Below, one piece after another: positions 19,831-29,969 of a stretch of 64,000 bases of DNA. The position numbers and the translations under genes are program-made. Origin of the DNA: an uncultured Candidatus Rokubacteria bacterium. GTDB taxonomy: Bacteria > Methylomirabilota > Methylomirabilia > Rokubacteriales > DASRDR01. Location: assembly GCA_963805625.1 (NCBI GenBank), contig CAWDVE010000010.1, positions 1,568,001 to 1,632,000 of the forward strand. Reading direction: 5' to 3'. How positions within the stretch are numbered: position 1 is the first letter of the stretch; each line of letters begins with the position of its first letter. The notes beneath the pieces are model-generated. The model did no database searches and was not told the DNA's origin. It was given only the letters and a program-made list of their open reading frames with translations.

Positions 19831-20745
19831 CTATCGCGAACGGCTGCGAACGACCTGGGCGATGAGGCGAATGTGCTCGGGCGTCGACCCGCAGCAACCG
19901 CCGACCACGGTGGCGCCCGCGTCGAGGAGCGCCGGGTACTCTCGAGCCATCGCCTCGGGGTCCAGCTCGTACGTGACCTGGTCGCCGGTCGTGATCGGGA
20001 GGCCCGCGTTCGGATAGGCGACCAGCGGTGCGTCGGTCACGGCGCGCATCTCGCGGATGATGGCGATGGCCCGGTCCGGTCCGCGGCCGCAGTTCATACC
20101 CACCACGTCGGCCCCGGCGGCGAGGAGGTTCTTCGCGACCTCGGCGGGGCTCTCGCCCCACATGGTCCGGTCGCGGTCGTGGAGCTCCTCGTACTGGAAG
20201 AACATCGTGGCCATGACGGGCAGCCCGGTCGTCCTGCAGGCGCGCACCGCGGCGACGGCCTCCTGCGGGAACATCATCGTCTCCACGGCGAAGAGGTCGA
20301 CGCCGCCCTCTGCCAGGGCCTCGGCCTGCTCGCGGAACGTCTCGAGGTACTCCTCGTCCGTCGTGTCGCCCAGGGGCTCGTACTCGGCCGGAAGGCGGCT
20401 GGTCGGGCCGACCGACCCCGCCACGTAGCCGTGGGCGGGCGCCGCCGCGCGCACCAGCCGCGCGCCCCGCTCGTTGAGCTCGCGAGTCCGGTCGCCGAGC
20501 CCGTACTCGTTCAGCTTGAGGCGCGAGCCACCGAACGTGTTCGTCTCGACGAGGTCGGAGCCGGCGGCGAAGTAGCCCCGGTGGATGTCCCGGACGACGT
20601 CGGCATGCGTATCGTTCCAGAGCTCGGGGCAGGCGCCGTTCGCGAGACCGGCCGCGAACAGCATCGTGCCGTAGCCTCCGTCGAAGACGAGCAGCTCGCC
20701 GGCCCGCACGCGCGCGAGCCACTCCCGGCCCCGGGTCATGCTCAT
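19831..20745 (-). CDS. stand-alone homocysteine S-methyltransferase domain (split MetH component)
   Basis: DGGYGT, ETNTFGG, GMNC, YPNAGLP, GGCCG. Confidence 0.92.
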   Translation of the reverse strand: MSMTRGREWLARVRAGELLVFDGGYGTMLFAAGLANGACPELWNDTHADVVRDIHRGYFAAGSDLVETNTFGGSRLKLNEYGLGDRTRELNERGARLVRAAAPAHGYVAGSVGPTSRLPAEYEPLGDTTDEEYLETFREQAEALAEGGVDLFAVETMMFPQEAVAAVRACRTTGLPVMATMFFQYEELHDRDRTMWGESPAEVAKNLLAAGADVVGMNCGRGPDRAIAIIREMRAVTDAPLVAYPNAGLPITTGDQVTYELDPEAMAREYPALLDAGATVVGGCCGSTPEHIRLIAQVVRSRSR

Positions 20746-20760
20746 CCCCGCGTCTCCACG

Positions 20761-21438
20761 CTAGCCGGACGCCGCCACCGGGGCGGTCGACAGCTCCTTG
20801 GCCCGCACCACGGCGAGGGTCGCGTCCCTGGCGTGGCCGTCGGCGCCGATCTCCTCGGCGAAGGCCGGGCTGACCGGCGCTCCGCCGACCATGACCTTGA
20901 CGCGGTCTCTGAGCCCCGCGCGGGCGAGGGCGTCGAGCGTGCGCTTCATCCCGGGCATCGTGGTGGTCATGAGGGCCGAGATGCCGACGATGGTCGCGCC
21001 GTGCTCCTCGACGGCGGCACAGAACTTCTCCGGGGAAACGTCGCGGCCGAGATTCACCACCTTGAAGCCCGCGCCTTCCAGCATCATGGCGACCAGGTTC
21101 TTGCCGATGTCGTGGAGGTCGCCCTGGGCCGTGCCGATCACGACCGTGCCGAGATACTCATTCGTCGAAGCCGCGGTCAGGAGCGGCTTGAGAAGGTCAA
21201 GGCCGGCGTACATCGCCCGCGCCGAGAGCAGCACCTGCGGCACGTAGTACTCGTTGCGACGAAACTTCTCCCCGACCACGTCCATCCCCGGGATCAGCCC
21301 CTTGAAGATGATCTGCTTCGGATCGAGCCCGGCATCGAGTCCCGCGCGGGTCATCTGGCCGACGGTGTCGCGGTCACCCAGGATGAGGGCGCGCGCGATC
21401 CTGGGGTAGTCGTAGCCAGTGTCGTCGGGAGCCGTCAT
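20761..21438 (-). CDS. cobalamin-binding (corrinoid) protein, cap plus B12-binding domains
   Basis: GMDVVGEKF, GDLHDIGKNLV (DxHxxG), SALMTTT, VGGAP. Confidence 0.95.
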   Translation of the reverse strand: MTAPDDTGYDYPRIARALILGDRDTVGQMTRAGLDAGLDPKQIIFKGLIPGMDVVGEKFRRNEYYVPQVLLSARAMYAGLDLLKPLLTAASTNEYLGTVVIGTAQGDLHDIGKNLVAMMLEGAGFKVVNLGRDVSPEKFCAAVEEHGATIVGISALMTTTMPGMKRTLDALARAGLRDRVKVMVGGAPVSPAFAEEIGADGHARDATLAVVRAKELSTAPVAASG

Positions 21439-21552
21439 CGCTCCGGGTTGTATCACGGGGCATGGGCCGACACAAGCTTCGCGGCCCGCTGGAGCGCACC
21501 TGGCGCAGCGCTCCGGCCGCGCGCCCGGCCCGGCGAGGGAGCCGTCGGTCCC

Positions 21553-22491
21553 CTAGGATTCGGGCTGATGGGCCAGGAGGTCCGCATGGCGGGCCTGATG
21601 GACGCAGCGGCCCGACTCGGCACAGTCGGCCGTCGGCTCAGCGTGCACGACGACGTGCGCGCCGGGAATCGTGTCCGCGATCTCCTGCTCGATGTGGTCT
21701 ACCAGGTCGTGCGCCTCGCCGAGCGGCAGGTGGCGGCACGCCACGATCGTGAAATCCACGTGGCGCTGGGAGCCGGATCGTCGCGTCCGCAGATTGCGAT
21801 GGTCGACGACGAACTGGTGGCGGTGGATCACCTCCTCGATCGCGCGCTGCTCGGCCTCCGGGAGGGCCGCGTCCATCAGATCGTTGATCGAGCGCACGAG
21901 AAGCCGATACGCCGAGCCCAGGATGACGCAGGCCACCGCGATTGCGATCAGGGCGTCGAACACCCCCGAGCCGGTCGCCCAAAGGAGCGCAAGGCCAACC
22001 AGCACGCCGGCGTTGGTCCAGACGTCCGTCTGGTAGTGAAGGGCGTCGGCGATGAGGACGAGCGAGTCGGTTTCCCGGCCAACCCGGCGGAGGTGTCGCG
22101 TGATCAGCCAGCTGACCACGGTTGCCATGACCATGACGGCGATGCCCCACTCCGGGTGCTCGGGCCGGGCGCCCCGGAGCAGCCGGCGGACCGCCTCCAC
22201 CAGCAACCCTCCGCCCACGACCGCAATCACCGCAGTCTGGAGGAGCCCGGCCAGGTTCTCCGCCTTGCCATGCCCGAAGGGGTGCCCCTCGTCGGCGGGA
22301 GAGTCGGCGATCCGGATCGACAGGAGGTTGAAGCTGGAGATCGCGACGTCGAATAGGGAATCGGCGGCGGCCGAAAGAAGGCCGATCGAGTTCGTCGCGA
22401 GCCCGATCGCGAGCTTTCCCGCCGCCAGCGCCGCGGCGCCGCCGATCGCCACTCGCTCCGCGCGAATCTTCGGCGAGGTCGCCGTGCTCAT
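21553..22491 (-). CDS. cation diffusion facilitator (FieF-like)
   Basis: DSLFD, PADEGHPFGHGKAE, ADALHYQTD, C-terminal HAEP. Confidence 0.93.
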   Translation of the reverse strand: MSTATSPKIRAERVAIGGAAALAAGKLAIGLATNSIGLLSAAADSLFDVAISSFNLLSIRIADSPADEGHPFGHGKAENLAGLLQTAVIAVVGGGLLVEAVRRLLRGARPEHPEWGIAVMVMATVVSWLITRHLRRVGRETDSLVLIADALHYQTDVWTNAGVLVGLALLWATGSGVFDALIAIAVACVILGSAYRLLVRSINDLMDAALPEAEQRAIEEVIHRHQFVVDHRNLRTRRSGSQRHVDFTIVACRHLPLGEAHDLVDHIEQEIADTIPGAHVVVHAEPTADCAESGRCVHQARHADLLAHQPES

Positions 22492-22548
22492 ACGCCGATC
22501 TTAGCAGCCCCGCGAGCACCGGCGCGGGGCCGATCGGCGGGCAGCCGC

Positions 22549-23346
22549 TCAGCCGCGAGCGGCCCTCCAGGACTCCAGCAGCTCGGCGAGGTCCCGGACG
22601 ACCATGTCCGCCTGCCCAGGCTCGCGGCGCTCACCTACCGGATCGACCCAGACGGTGACCATCCCGGCGGCCCGGCCCCCGGCAACGTCGGTCGTCAGGC
22701 TGTCGCCCACCATCATCGCCTCCGGGGGCCGGCAGCCAAGGCGCTCGAGGGCCATCTCGAAGATGGGGGCATGGGGCTTGCCCACCACGACTGGACGGGC
22801 GCCGCCCGCCACCGCGACGGCCTCCGTCAAGGCGCCGCAGCCAGGGTCGAACTCGCCCGGCGCCACCGGCAGCCGTGGGTCGAGGTTGACCGTGAAGAGC
22901 GTCGCGCCCGCGGCCACGGCGCGCGAAGCAGCCCGCAGCCGGCCGAAGTCGAAGAGCGGATCGTTGCCGACCGCCACGACCCCGGCCCGGCGCCAGTCCT
23001 CGAAGCCCACCACCGTGTGCCCGGCCGCCTCGAGAACCTCCCGCATCTCCCGGGTGCCGAGCGGCAGCACGGCCGCGGGTCCGACCCGGCGCCGGATCGC
23101 CTCCCCCAGGAGGTCGAGGGCCGCGAGCACATCCGTCGCCCCCGCCGCAATTCCCAGACGCGAGAGGCGCTCCGCGATCTGACCCGCGCGCTCTCGGGAG
23201 CTGTTCGTGACGAAAACCACCCCGCGTCCGTCGGCGCGGAGCGCCTCCACCAGCTCCCGGGCCCCGGGCAGCAAGGTCGATCCGGCCCAGATGCAGCCGT
23301 CAAGATCGAACGCGAAGCCGCGGAGGGCCTCGAGCCGGAGGGTCAA
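22549..23346 (-). CDS. HAD-IIA family hydrolase (NagD-like)
   Basis: FDLDG, VTNSS, VGKP, VGDSLTTDVAGG; start approximate. Confidence 0.92.
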   Translation of the reverse strand: MTLRLEALRGFAFDLDGCIWAGSTLLPGARELVEALRADGRGVVFVTNSSRERAGQIAERLSRLGIAAGATDVLAALDLLGEAIRRRVGPAAVLPLGTREMREVLEAAGHTVVGFEDWRRAGVVAVGNDPLFDFGRLRAASRAVAAGATLFTVNLDPRLPVAPGEFDPGCGALTEAVAVAGGARPVVVGKPHAPIFEMALERLGCRPPEAMMVGDSLTTDVAGGRAAGMVTVWVDPVGERREPGQADMVVRDLAELLESWRAARG

Positions 23347-23362
23347 GCCTGACGTCCCAGCT

Positions 23363-23926
23363 TCAGCGCGGCGGAATGAAGCAGAGCCCCTGGCTCTGGA
23401 CGCCAAGCGCCGTGTTGAACTTCGCGCGGAAATGCTCGACGGCGATCGTGGCGGCCAGCTCCACGATCTGCGGGACGGAGAAGTGCCGGCGCAGGGGCTC
23501 GAACTCGACGTCCGTCACAGCCGTGGGCGTCCGCGTTGCCGCTTCGGCGAATCCGAGCGCCGCCCGCTCCGGCTCGCTGAAGAGCGGGCTCTCCCGGAAC
23601 CGGTCCACGGCCGAGAGCTTCTCGAAGGTCGCGCCGTGGCTCATCCCCCGGGATGAGTTGATGTCCATTCAGAATGGGCATCCGACGAGCTGGGCGACCC
23701 GCAGGCAGACGAGATCACGAAGCTCCGCCGGAAGCTGTCCCGACTTCTCCAGGGCGACCGACAGCCCCGCCGCCGCGCGCACCAGAGGAGGACAGTGCGC
23801 CATCACGAGCGTGGGCGCCAGCGGGGCGCCCCACTGCTCCGTCTGCCGCCCCAGGACCTCTCGGATCTCGGCCGGCGCCGCCGCAGGGTCGATCGGCGGA
23901 ATGCGACCGGTGATTTCGTCCTTCAC
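23363..23926 (-). CDS. AhpD-like/carboxymuconolactone decarboxylase family selenoprotein (CxxU), about 187 aa with TGA read-through at 23671-23669
   Basis: ...LRVAQLVGCPF-TGA-MDINSS... in frame with ERAALGFAEA, IVEL..IA.E.FRAKFN; paralogous to 4016-4606. Confidence 0.87.
23640..23671 (-). other. Sec codon plus candidate SECIS
   Basis: TGA atggacatcaa CTCATCC-CGGG-GGATGAG. Confidence 0.75.
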
Positions 23927-24000
23927 CGGACTACCCGGCCCACGTCGGGGCCGACCGCCGGGGCGTCAGGCACGGCCCCGGTCCGTGGCGGCCGGGGGGC

Positions 24001-24783
24001 TCACGGGCGGATGTCCTGGCGGAATCGCGCGACGATGTCCTGACTCCCCTGGACCACCAGCGAGGTATCCGAGCCGAGCGTCAGGAACTGGTAGCCCTTC
24101 CCGTAGAGCTCTCGCGCCTGTTCCCAGCCCCGCGTGATGTTGCCGAGGGCGAGGCCAGCCGCGCGCGTCGACGCCTCCACTCGAGCGAAGGCCGCTTGCA
24201 CGTCGGGGTGGCCAGGATTCCCCATGTGCCCGAGCGCGGTCGACAGGTCCCCGGGCCCGATGAAGATCACGTCGACCCCGGGAACCCGCACGATCTGGTC
24301 GATCTCCTCGACAGCCGTCCGCGTTTCCACCTGGAGAACGACAAGGATCTCCTCGTTTGCGCGCTTCCAGTATTCCGCCGCGTGCCGCCCGTAGCCGCCG
24401 GCGCGGTGGCTGCCGGCGATCCCCCGGATGCCGTCGGGCGGGTACTTGGTGGCGCGCACAGCCGCCTCGGCATCGGCGCGGCCGCCGATCCAGGGCACCA
24501 TGACGCCGTAGGCGCCCATGTCGAGCACCCGCTTGATGATGGCTGGGTCGTTCCACTGGACGCGGACCACCGGAATCGCCTCGCTCCCCTCGATCGCTTG
24601 CAGCTGGGCGAGCAGCGTCTGGAGGTCGCCGTGCCCGTGTTCCATGTCGACGAGGAGCCAGTCGAAGCCGGCCCGGCTCATGATCTCGGCGCTGATCGCG
24701 CTGCACAAATGGAGCCATGCGCCGGAGGTTGGGCGCCCCTCGCGGAGTGTGCGCTTGACGTGATTGGTCTTCACCCAGCTCAC
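24001..24783 (-). CDS. HpcH/HpaI aldolase family protein
   Basis: GFDWLLVDMEHG, KYPPDGIRG, QVET, FIGPGDLS; GGAGGA RBS. Confidence 0.93.
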   Translation of the reverse strand: MSWVKTNHVKRTLREGRPTSGAWLHLCSAISAEIMSRAGFDWLLVDMEHGHGDLQTLLAQLQAIEGSEAIPVVRVQWNDPAIIKRVLDMGAYGVMVPWIGGRADAEAAVRATKYPPDGIRGIAGSHRAGGYGRHAAEYWKRANEEILVVLQVETRTAVEEIDQIVRVPGVDVIFIGPGDLSTALGHMGNPGHPDVQAAFARVEASTRAAGLALGNITRGWEQARELYGKGYQFLTLGSDTSLVVQGSQDIVARFRQDIRP

Positions 24784-24968
24784 TCGATCCTCCACGCGAG
24801 CGCCGTGAAGACGCTCGCCAAACTTGACTTTTCGCGGTGCGCTGTGGGATATATCCCCGACACGAACGGGATCTTGGGCCCGCCTGACGGCGGGTCATCC
24901 ACGAGGGGGCGACCACGGTACCGGTCACTATACGGCAGGGCGCGAGGGCCTGACAACCCGCCGGCCGT

Positions 24969-25739
24969 ATGCTCCTCGAAATCCTCGGCTGCCACGGTGG
25001 CAGCGTGCCGAAGCGGCGCCTGCCCAGCTTCCTCATCAACGGGCACCTCCTCCTCGAGGCGGGCTCGGTGACGAGTGCTCTGCCCCTCGGCGCCCAGGCC
25101 AGCATCGAGCAGGTCCTCCTCTCCCACGCTCACCTCGACCACACAGTGGGGCTGGCGTTCCTCGTCGACAACATCCAGTCCGCGCAGACCACCGCTGGCC
25201 GGAACGTCGCCGTGACGGCGGCGTCCATCGCACCGGTGGTCGACGACCTCCGCAGCTACTGCTTCAACAACCGGCTCTGGCCTGACTTCACGAAGCTGCC
25301 GACACCCGAGGAGCCCTCGCTCAGGTTCCAGACGCTGCGCGCGCGCAAGCCGATCGAGTTCGGATCCCTGACCGTCGTCCCGGTGCCCGTCCACCACACC
25401 GTCCCGGCCACCGGCTTCATCTTCCACGACGGCACCTCGGGCCTGGTCTTCTCGGGGGACACCGGCCCGACCGACGAGATCTGGAAGGTGGCGCGGGAGT
25501 TCAAGGGCATCCACGCGATCATCGTCGAGACCGCCTTCCCCAACCGCCTGGAGGACCTCGCCACGGTCTCTGGCCACTTCACACCGGCGCTCCTCCGGCG
25601 CGAGATGGACAAGATGCCGGATGCTCCCCTGTGGGTCTACCACATCAAGCCGGCGCACTTCGAGGAGACGTCGGAAGAGCTCGGGCGGCTGGGCGACCGG
25701 GTTCACGTGCTCGAGCAGGACCAGACCCACACCTTCTGA
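24969..25739 (+). CDS. class II 3',5'-cyclic-nucleotide phosphodiesterase (metallo-beta-lactamase fold)
   Basis: LGCHGG, SHAHLDH, FNNRLWPDF, HTVP, SGDTG, YHIKP. Confidence 0.88.
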   Translation: MLLEILGCHGGSVPKRRLPSFLINGHLLLEAGSVTSALPLGAQASIEQVLLSHAHLDHTVGLAFLVDNIQSAQTTAGRNVAVTAASIAPVVDDLRSYCFNNRLWPDFTKLPTPEEPSLRFQTLRARKPIEFGSLTVVPVPVHHTVPATGFIFHDGTSGLVFSGDTGPTDEIWKVAREFKGIHAIIVETAFPNRLEDLATVSGHFTPALLRREMDKMPDAPLWVYHIKPAHFEETSEELGRLGDRVHVLEQDQTHTF

Positions 25740-25787
25740 GGCCGGCCTCGCGCGCGACCGCGGGATCCGGGGCGCCGCGCGGCGAGG

Positions 25788-26771
25788 CTACCGGGCCCGG
25801 CGTGCCAGTTCGGTCTCGATCGCGGGCAGCGCCTCCAGGATCACCGTGCCGACGACGCGGAGGCTCTCCGCGGAGAGCTTGTCCGGCGTGTCCTCGGGAG
25901 TGTGCCAATAGGCATTCCGCCCCGGCGACCCTCCGTAGTCGAGGTCGATCAGGAGCGCCGCCGCGACGCCGGCGTCCAGGAACGGCGCGTGATCGTCCTC
26001 CACCGTCTGAGGCCCGTCGGGGAAATGCCGCTCCAGGCCGAGCCGCCGCGCCGCCGCCCAGAGGATCCCGCTGAGCCACGGCGTGGACTGCGTGTCGCGC
26101 GGGATGGCGAGATCCCGGTCGCCGATCATGTCGGCGACGATCAGGGCGCGGAACCGCGGCAGGTCGCCCGACGCACGGAGGGCGGCGACAAGGGCGCGGC
26201 TCCCGTAGAGACTGTCGGTCGCCGACCACTCGACCTGGGCCTCCTCGCCATCGAAGAAGACGAGCCACCGCGTCGACGCCGGTGGCTCCGTGCGGAAACG
26301 CGGCGCCAGCACACGCCCGAGCTCGATCAGGAGGGCGGTCGAGGACCCGCCGTCGTTCGCCCCCACGAAGCGGAACTTCTCGAAGACCTTGGTGTCGTAG
26401 TGGCCGGCGATCGCCACGATCTCGTTCCCCCGGCCCGGCCACTCCGCGATGACGTTGGTCATCGGCACCGGGCCGCGCGGAGTCTGGGCCGTGAACGGGT
26501 GCTCGCGCACTCGCCACCCGGCGCCCCGGAGCTCTCCTGCCACGTACGCACGAGCCCGCGCCAGGGCGGCGGAGCCCGGCGTGCGGGGCCCGATGGCGAC
26601 GAGCCGCTCCACGTCATGGAGCGCTCTGGCGCCGTCGAAGGCCGGGAGGCTCGCGGCACTCGCGCCTCGGCCCGCGAGGCCGGGTAGCACCCCGAGGAGC
26701 GTCGCCCCCAGCAGGGTCCGGCGCGCGAGCCCGCCCGAGGCCACCACGCTCACCGGGCCCCGGCGCCGCAT
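25788..26771 (-). CDS. M28 family peptidase (glutaminyl cyclase-like), probably Tat-exported
   Basis: ARRTLL signal, GHYDTK, GANDGGSS, FDGEE, EDDH.PF, WHT..D. Confidence 0.88.
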   Translation of the reverse strand: MRRRGPVSVVASGGLARRTLLGATLLGVLPGLAGRGASAASLPAFDGARALHDVERLVAIGPRTPGSAALARARAYVAGELRGAGWRVREHPFTAQTPRGPVPMTNVIAEWPGRGNEIVAIAGHYDTKVFEKFRFVGANDGGSSTALLIELGRVLAPRFRTEPPASTRWLVFFDGEEAQVEWSATDSLYGSRALVAALRASGDLPRFRALIVADMIGDRDLAIPRDTQSTPWLSGILWAAARRLGLERHFPDGPQTVEDDHAPFLDAGVAAALLIDLDYGGSPGRNAYWHTPEDTPDKLSAESLRVVGTVILEALPAIETELARRAR

Positions 26772-26835
26772 CGGACCGATGTCACGGCCTTCGGCCGGGG
26801 GCGGCCGGCCTTCGGCCTGCGGCGGGTTGGGGGGC

Positions 26836-27687
26836 TCACGGGCGAACGCCCGCCGCCCCGTAGTAGTTGAGGCTCATGAAGAAGTCGCCCCGGGCCGCGG
26901 CCTCTTCCGCGCTCCGGAGCCAGCGACGCCCGTCTGCGGCCGCGACGAGACGCCACCGCGTCGCGAGCTCCACGCGTCGTTCCAGCATGGACCGGACGTA
27001 GTCGTCGTAGACCTGATCCACCACGACGAAGGCCTGGCTCCGCACCTGCGCGAGCCCGGCGAGACGCAGGCGGCGGGCGAGCGTCCGCCCGCTCCACGGC
27101 TCGGCGTAGAAGTGCTCCGCGTGGCCGTCCACGATCCGGCGCGTCAGCGCGCGATCGGGCACGTCCAGCACGAAGGTCCCGAAGTCCTGGTCGAGGACCG
27201 CCACCCGGCCGCCAGGCCGCGTGACGCGCATCATCTCGCCGAGGATCCGGTCACCGGCGGGCACGTGGAGGAGGACCGTGACCGCAAGCGTGACGTCGAA
27301 CGACGCCGGTGGGAACGGCAGCGCGAGACCGTCACCGTGACGGAACGTCACCCGGGCGCCGGGACCGGCGCCCCCGGGCCGCCGCCGTGCGACGGCCAGG
27401 AGCACGCGACTCGGATCGACGCCGACGGCAGCGCCCTCGGTGCCCACGCGCGCGGCGACGTCGCGCGTCACGACGCCCGTTCCGCAGCCGACGTCCAGCA
27501 CACGCATCCCGGCCCCGACGCCGGCCAGTGACAGGAAGGCCCGGCGAAGGCGGGTCTGGTTCGGCTGACTGCCGCGGGCTTCGAGGATCCGCGCGAACCG
27601 CCGCGGGTCCGCCTCCCGGTCAATCGCGCGATATGGATCGACGGCGGCGGACATGGCGGAGCTCACCGGACCAGGGCCGGCGGTCAC
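26836..27687 (-). CDS. class I SAM-dependent methyltransferase
   Basis: VLDVGCGTG, LPFPPASFD, TRPGG. Confidence 0.9.
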   Translation of the reverse strand: MTAGPGPVSSAMSAAVDPYRAIDREADPRRFARILEARGSQPNQTRLRRAFLSLAGVGAGMRVLDVGCGTGVVTRDVAARVGTEGAAVGVDPSRVLLAVARRRPGGAGPGARVTFRHGDGLALPFPPASFDVTLAVTVLLHVPAGDRILGEMMRVTRPGGRVAVLDQDFGTFVLDVPDRALTRRIVDGHAEHFYAEPWSGRTLARRLRLAGLAQVRSQAFVVVDQVYDDYVRSMLERRVELATRWRLVAAADGRRWLRSAEEAAARGDFFMSLNYYGAAGVRP

Positions 27688-27944
27688 GAGCGCGTGGCGT
27701 ACTTGTCGGCGCAGGCCGCGCTGCAGAAGTACCGGAGCGCCGGCCCGTTCCCCCGGCTGATCGCCTTGCGACGCGGGATGTACGTTTCACAGACCGGATC
27801 CTTGACGAGCTCGTCGAGGCCCCCCCGCTGCGTCGGTCGCGAGCGGGTGACACCGCGGAGCCCCCCGAGAAAGGAGTAGACGCTCGCCCGGATGATCAGG
27901 AAGAGCAGAAAGGCGAGAACCGCCAGGGCGAGGAAACGGACCAC
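27684..27944 (-). CDS. small membrane-anchored YHS/TRASH domain protein
   Basis: TM helix followed by KDPVC...YFCSAAC. Confidence 0.82.
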   Translation of the reverse strand: MVRFLALAVLAFLLFLIIRASVYSFLGGLRGVTRSRPTQRGGLDELVKDPVCETYIPRRKAISRGNGPALRYFCSAACADKYATRS

Positions 27945-27974
27945 CGACGCCTCGGGCTCGCGGCGGACGGACCG

Positions 27975-28316
27975 CTAGCCGCTCTCCGGCTGGATGCGTA
28001 CCGTGCGCAGGAAGTCGCGGTCGAGCTTCGTCAGCTCGTAGCGCAGGTCGCGCGCCTCCTCGAGGTCGTCCTCGGCCGCCTCCCCGACATCGAAACCGCG
28101 GTCCGCGTCGGTGGCCTCGGGCGCCTCCTCGGCGGTCTCCTCGGCGCTGTTCGAGCGGGCGGTCGCATCCGCCAAGAGGATGAGCCGCGGATCGAACCCG
28201 TTGCGGACGAGCTCGTCGAGCGCCTCACGCACCGCAGGGGAACCATCGAGCGAAGCCTCGACGGCCTCGATCAGCTTCGCCACCAGATCGCGTACAACGT
28301 CCCGCTCGTCCATCAC
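27975..28316 (-). CDS. acidic hypothetical protein
   Basis: clean ORF with host-like codon usage; ends DRDFLRTVRI. Confidence 0.7.
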   Translation of the reverse strand: MMDERDVVRDLVAKLIEAVEASLDGSPAVREALDELVRNGFDPRLILLADATARSNSAEETAEEAPEATDADRGFDVGEAAEDDLEEARDLRYELTKLDRDFLRTVRIQPESG

Positions 28317-28353
28317 GACTCTGCGCTCAGAATAGCCGTCGCTCGCGTCGGTG

Positions 28354-29166
28354 TCAAACTTGCGGGCGTCGCCGAATCGCGTCCTCCAGGCGCTCGAAGC
28401 GCCGGCGCAGCGGCTCGAGCGCCTCGTCGTGCGTGATCACGTAGAGCGCGCCGGCCCGGACGGCCGCGAGCGTCTGGGATGCGACGTCGTCCGGATCGAG
28501 CGTGCGTCCGATCAGCGTCATTTCGCTCCCCTCCGGAGCCCTCGGGACGTTCCGCAGGACGGCCGGCCGGTTGCGTCCCGACTGCCGGATACGCGTCGCG
28601 ACACCCATCGGGCACAGAACCGTGACGCCGATGCCGTGGGGGCGGAGATCCTTCGCGAGGGTCTCGGAGAGCCCGACGACCGCGTACTTGGTGGTGTTGT
28701 ACACCCCGAGCCCCTGCGATGCGATCAGCCCCGCCATGGAGGCCGTGTTCACGACGTGCCCGCCCGCCCCGCCTGCGATCATGCGCGGCACGAACGCCAG
28801 GAGACCGTGGACGACGCCCCAGAGGTTGACCCCCACAACCCATTGCCAGTCCTCCCACGTCGCCGCTTCGAGCCCGCCGTGCACGACAACGCCCGCGTTG
28901 TTGCACAGGACGTGGGTCGCGCCGTACCGGTCGAACACCCGGTCCGCCAGGGCGTCCACCTGACGCCGGTCGGCGACGTCCGTTCGGATGGCCAGCCCCT
29001 CCGCGCCGGCGGCCGCCAACTGTCGCACGGTGTCCGCGGCGTCGGCCTCGTTGATGTCGGCGACGACAACCCGAGCGCCTTCTCGGGCCAGGGCCAGCGC
29101 GAGTGCACGACCGATGCCGCTTCCTCCGCCTGTGACGACCGCGATCTTCCTCTCGAAGGTCCTCAT
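28354..29166 (-). CDS. short-chain dehydrogenase/reductase
   Basis: TGGGSGIG, NNAG, YNTTK; ATGA overlap with the upstream gene. Confidence 0.93.
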   Translation of the reverse strand: MRTFERKIAVVTGGGSGIGRALALALAREGARVVVADINEADAADTVRQLAAAGAEGLAIRTDVADRRQVDALADRVFDRYGATHVLCNNAGVVVHGGLEAATWEDWQWVVGVNLWGVVHGLLAFVPRMIAGGAGGHVVNTASMAGLIASQGLGVYNTTKYAVVGLSETLAKDLRPHGIGVTVLCPMGVATRIRQSGRNRPAVLRNVPRAPEGSEMTLIGRTLDPDDVASQTLAAVRAGALYVITHDEALEPLRRRFERLEDAIRRRPQV

Positions 29167-29840
29167 GGATCGTGGGGCTGCTCGGCCCGCGCCTCGTGCA
29201 TCGCGCGGAGCTGCGGGGCCAAGATCCGCTCGTAGCACTGGGGACAGATCCCGTGGCTGAACTGGGCGTCCGTATGGGCGCTCAGGTACTCCTCCACCTG
29301 CTGCCAATAGTTCTTGTCATCGCGGATCTTCTTGCAGTACGCACAGATCGGCAGGAGGCCGTGCAGCTGCTTGACGCGGGTAATGGCCACCTCGAGCTCG
29401 CGCACACGTTCGGCTAGCTTGCGCCTGAGCTCCACCACGCGCATGGCCACGATCAGCCGGGCACGGAGCTCATCGTGGTCGAAGGGCTTCCCCATGAAGT
29501 CGTCAGCGCCCGCCTCCAGGCCCTCGACGACGTTCGCCCGCTCAGCATTGGCCGTGAGCAGGATCAGATATGGGGGTGTCGGGCTCCCCTGCGCCTGAAG
29601 GCGACGGCAGATCTCAACGCCCTCGAGGCCCGGCATCACCCAGTCAAGGATGGCGACGGACGGGGCCCCAGGCCGCTGGAGCGCCGCCCAGGCCTCGTCG
29701 CCGTCCACCGTGACCACGACCTCATGGCCCCAGCGCCGGAGCGTGGCCTCCAGGAGGCGACGCGAGGCCGCCTCGTCCTCGGCGATGAGAACGGGGGCGA
29801 GCGCCGCAGGGCTCGCCGCCGGGGAATCGGGCGTCGTCAT
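29163..29840 (-). CDS. orphan response regulator with C-terminal Cys-rich domain
   Basis: REC domain (AEDE, LDWVMP, KPF) plus LPICAYCKKIRD...SHGICPQC. Confidence 0.92.
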   Translation of the reverse strand: MTTPDSPAASPAALAPVLIAEDEAASRRLLEATLRRWGHEVVVTVDGDEAWAALQRPGAPSVAILDWVMPGLEGVEICRRLQAQGSPTPPYLILLTANAERANVVEGLEAGADDFMGKPFDHDELRARLIVAMRVVELRRKLAERVRELEVAITRVKQLHGLLPICAYCKKIRDDKNYWQQVEEYLSAHTDAQFSHGICPQCYERILAPQLRAMHEARAEQPHDP

Positions 29841-29969
29841 GGTGCGTCCCTCCACCCTCAGGACGCCCCGAGCGACCCCAGGCGTCCGAAGCCGGCCTCC
29901 GCCTCCCTCACCATGCCCTGCGAGGCCCGGTGAGCACTCGTCGTCGAGTCGGGAGACTCTCCCTCAAAC

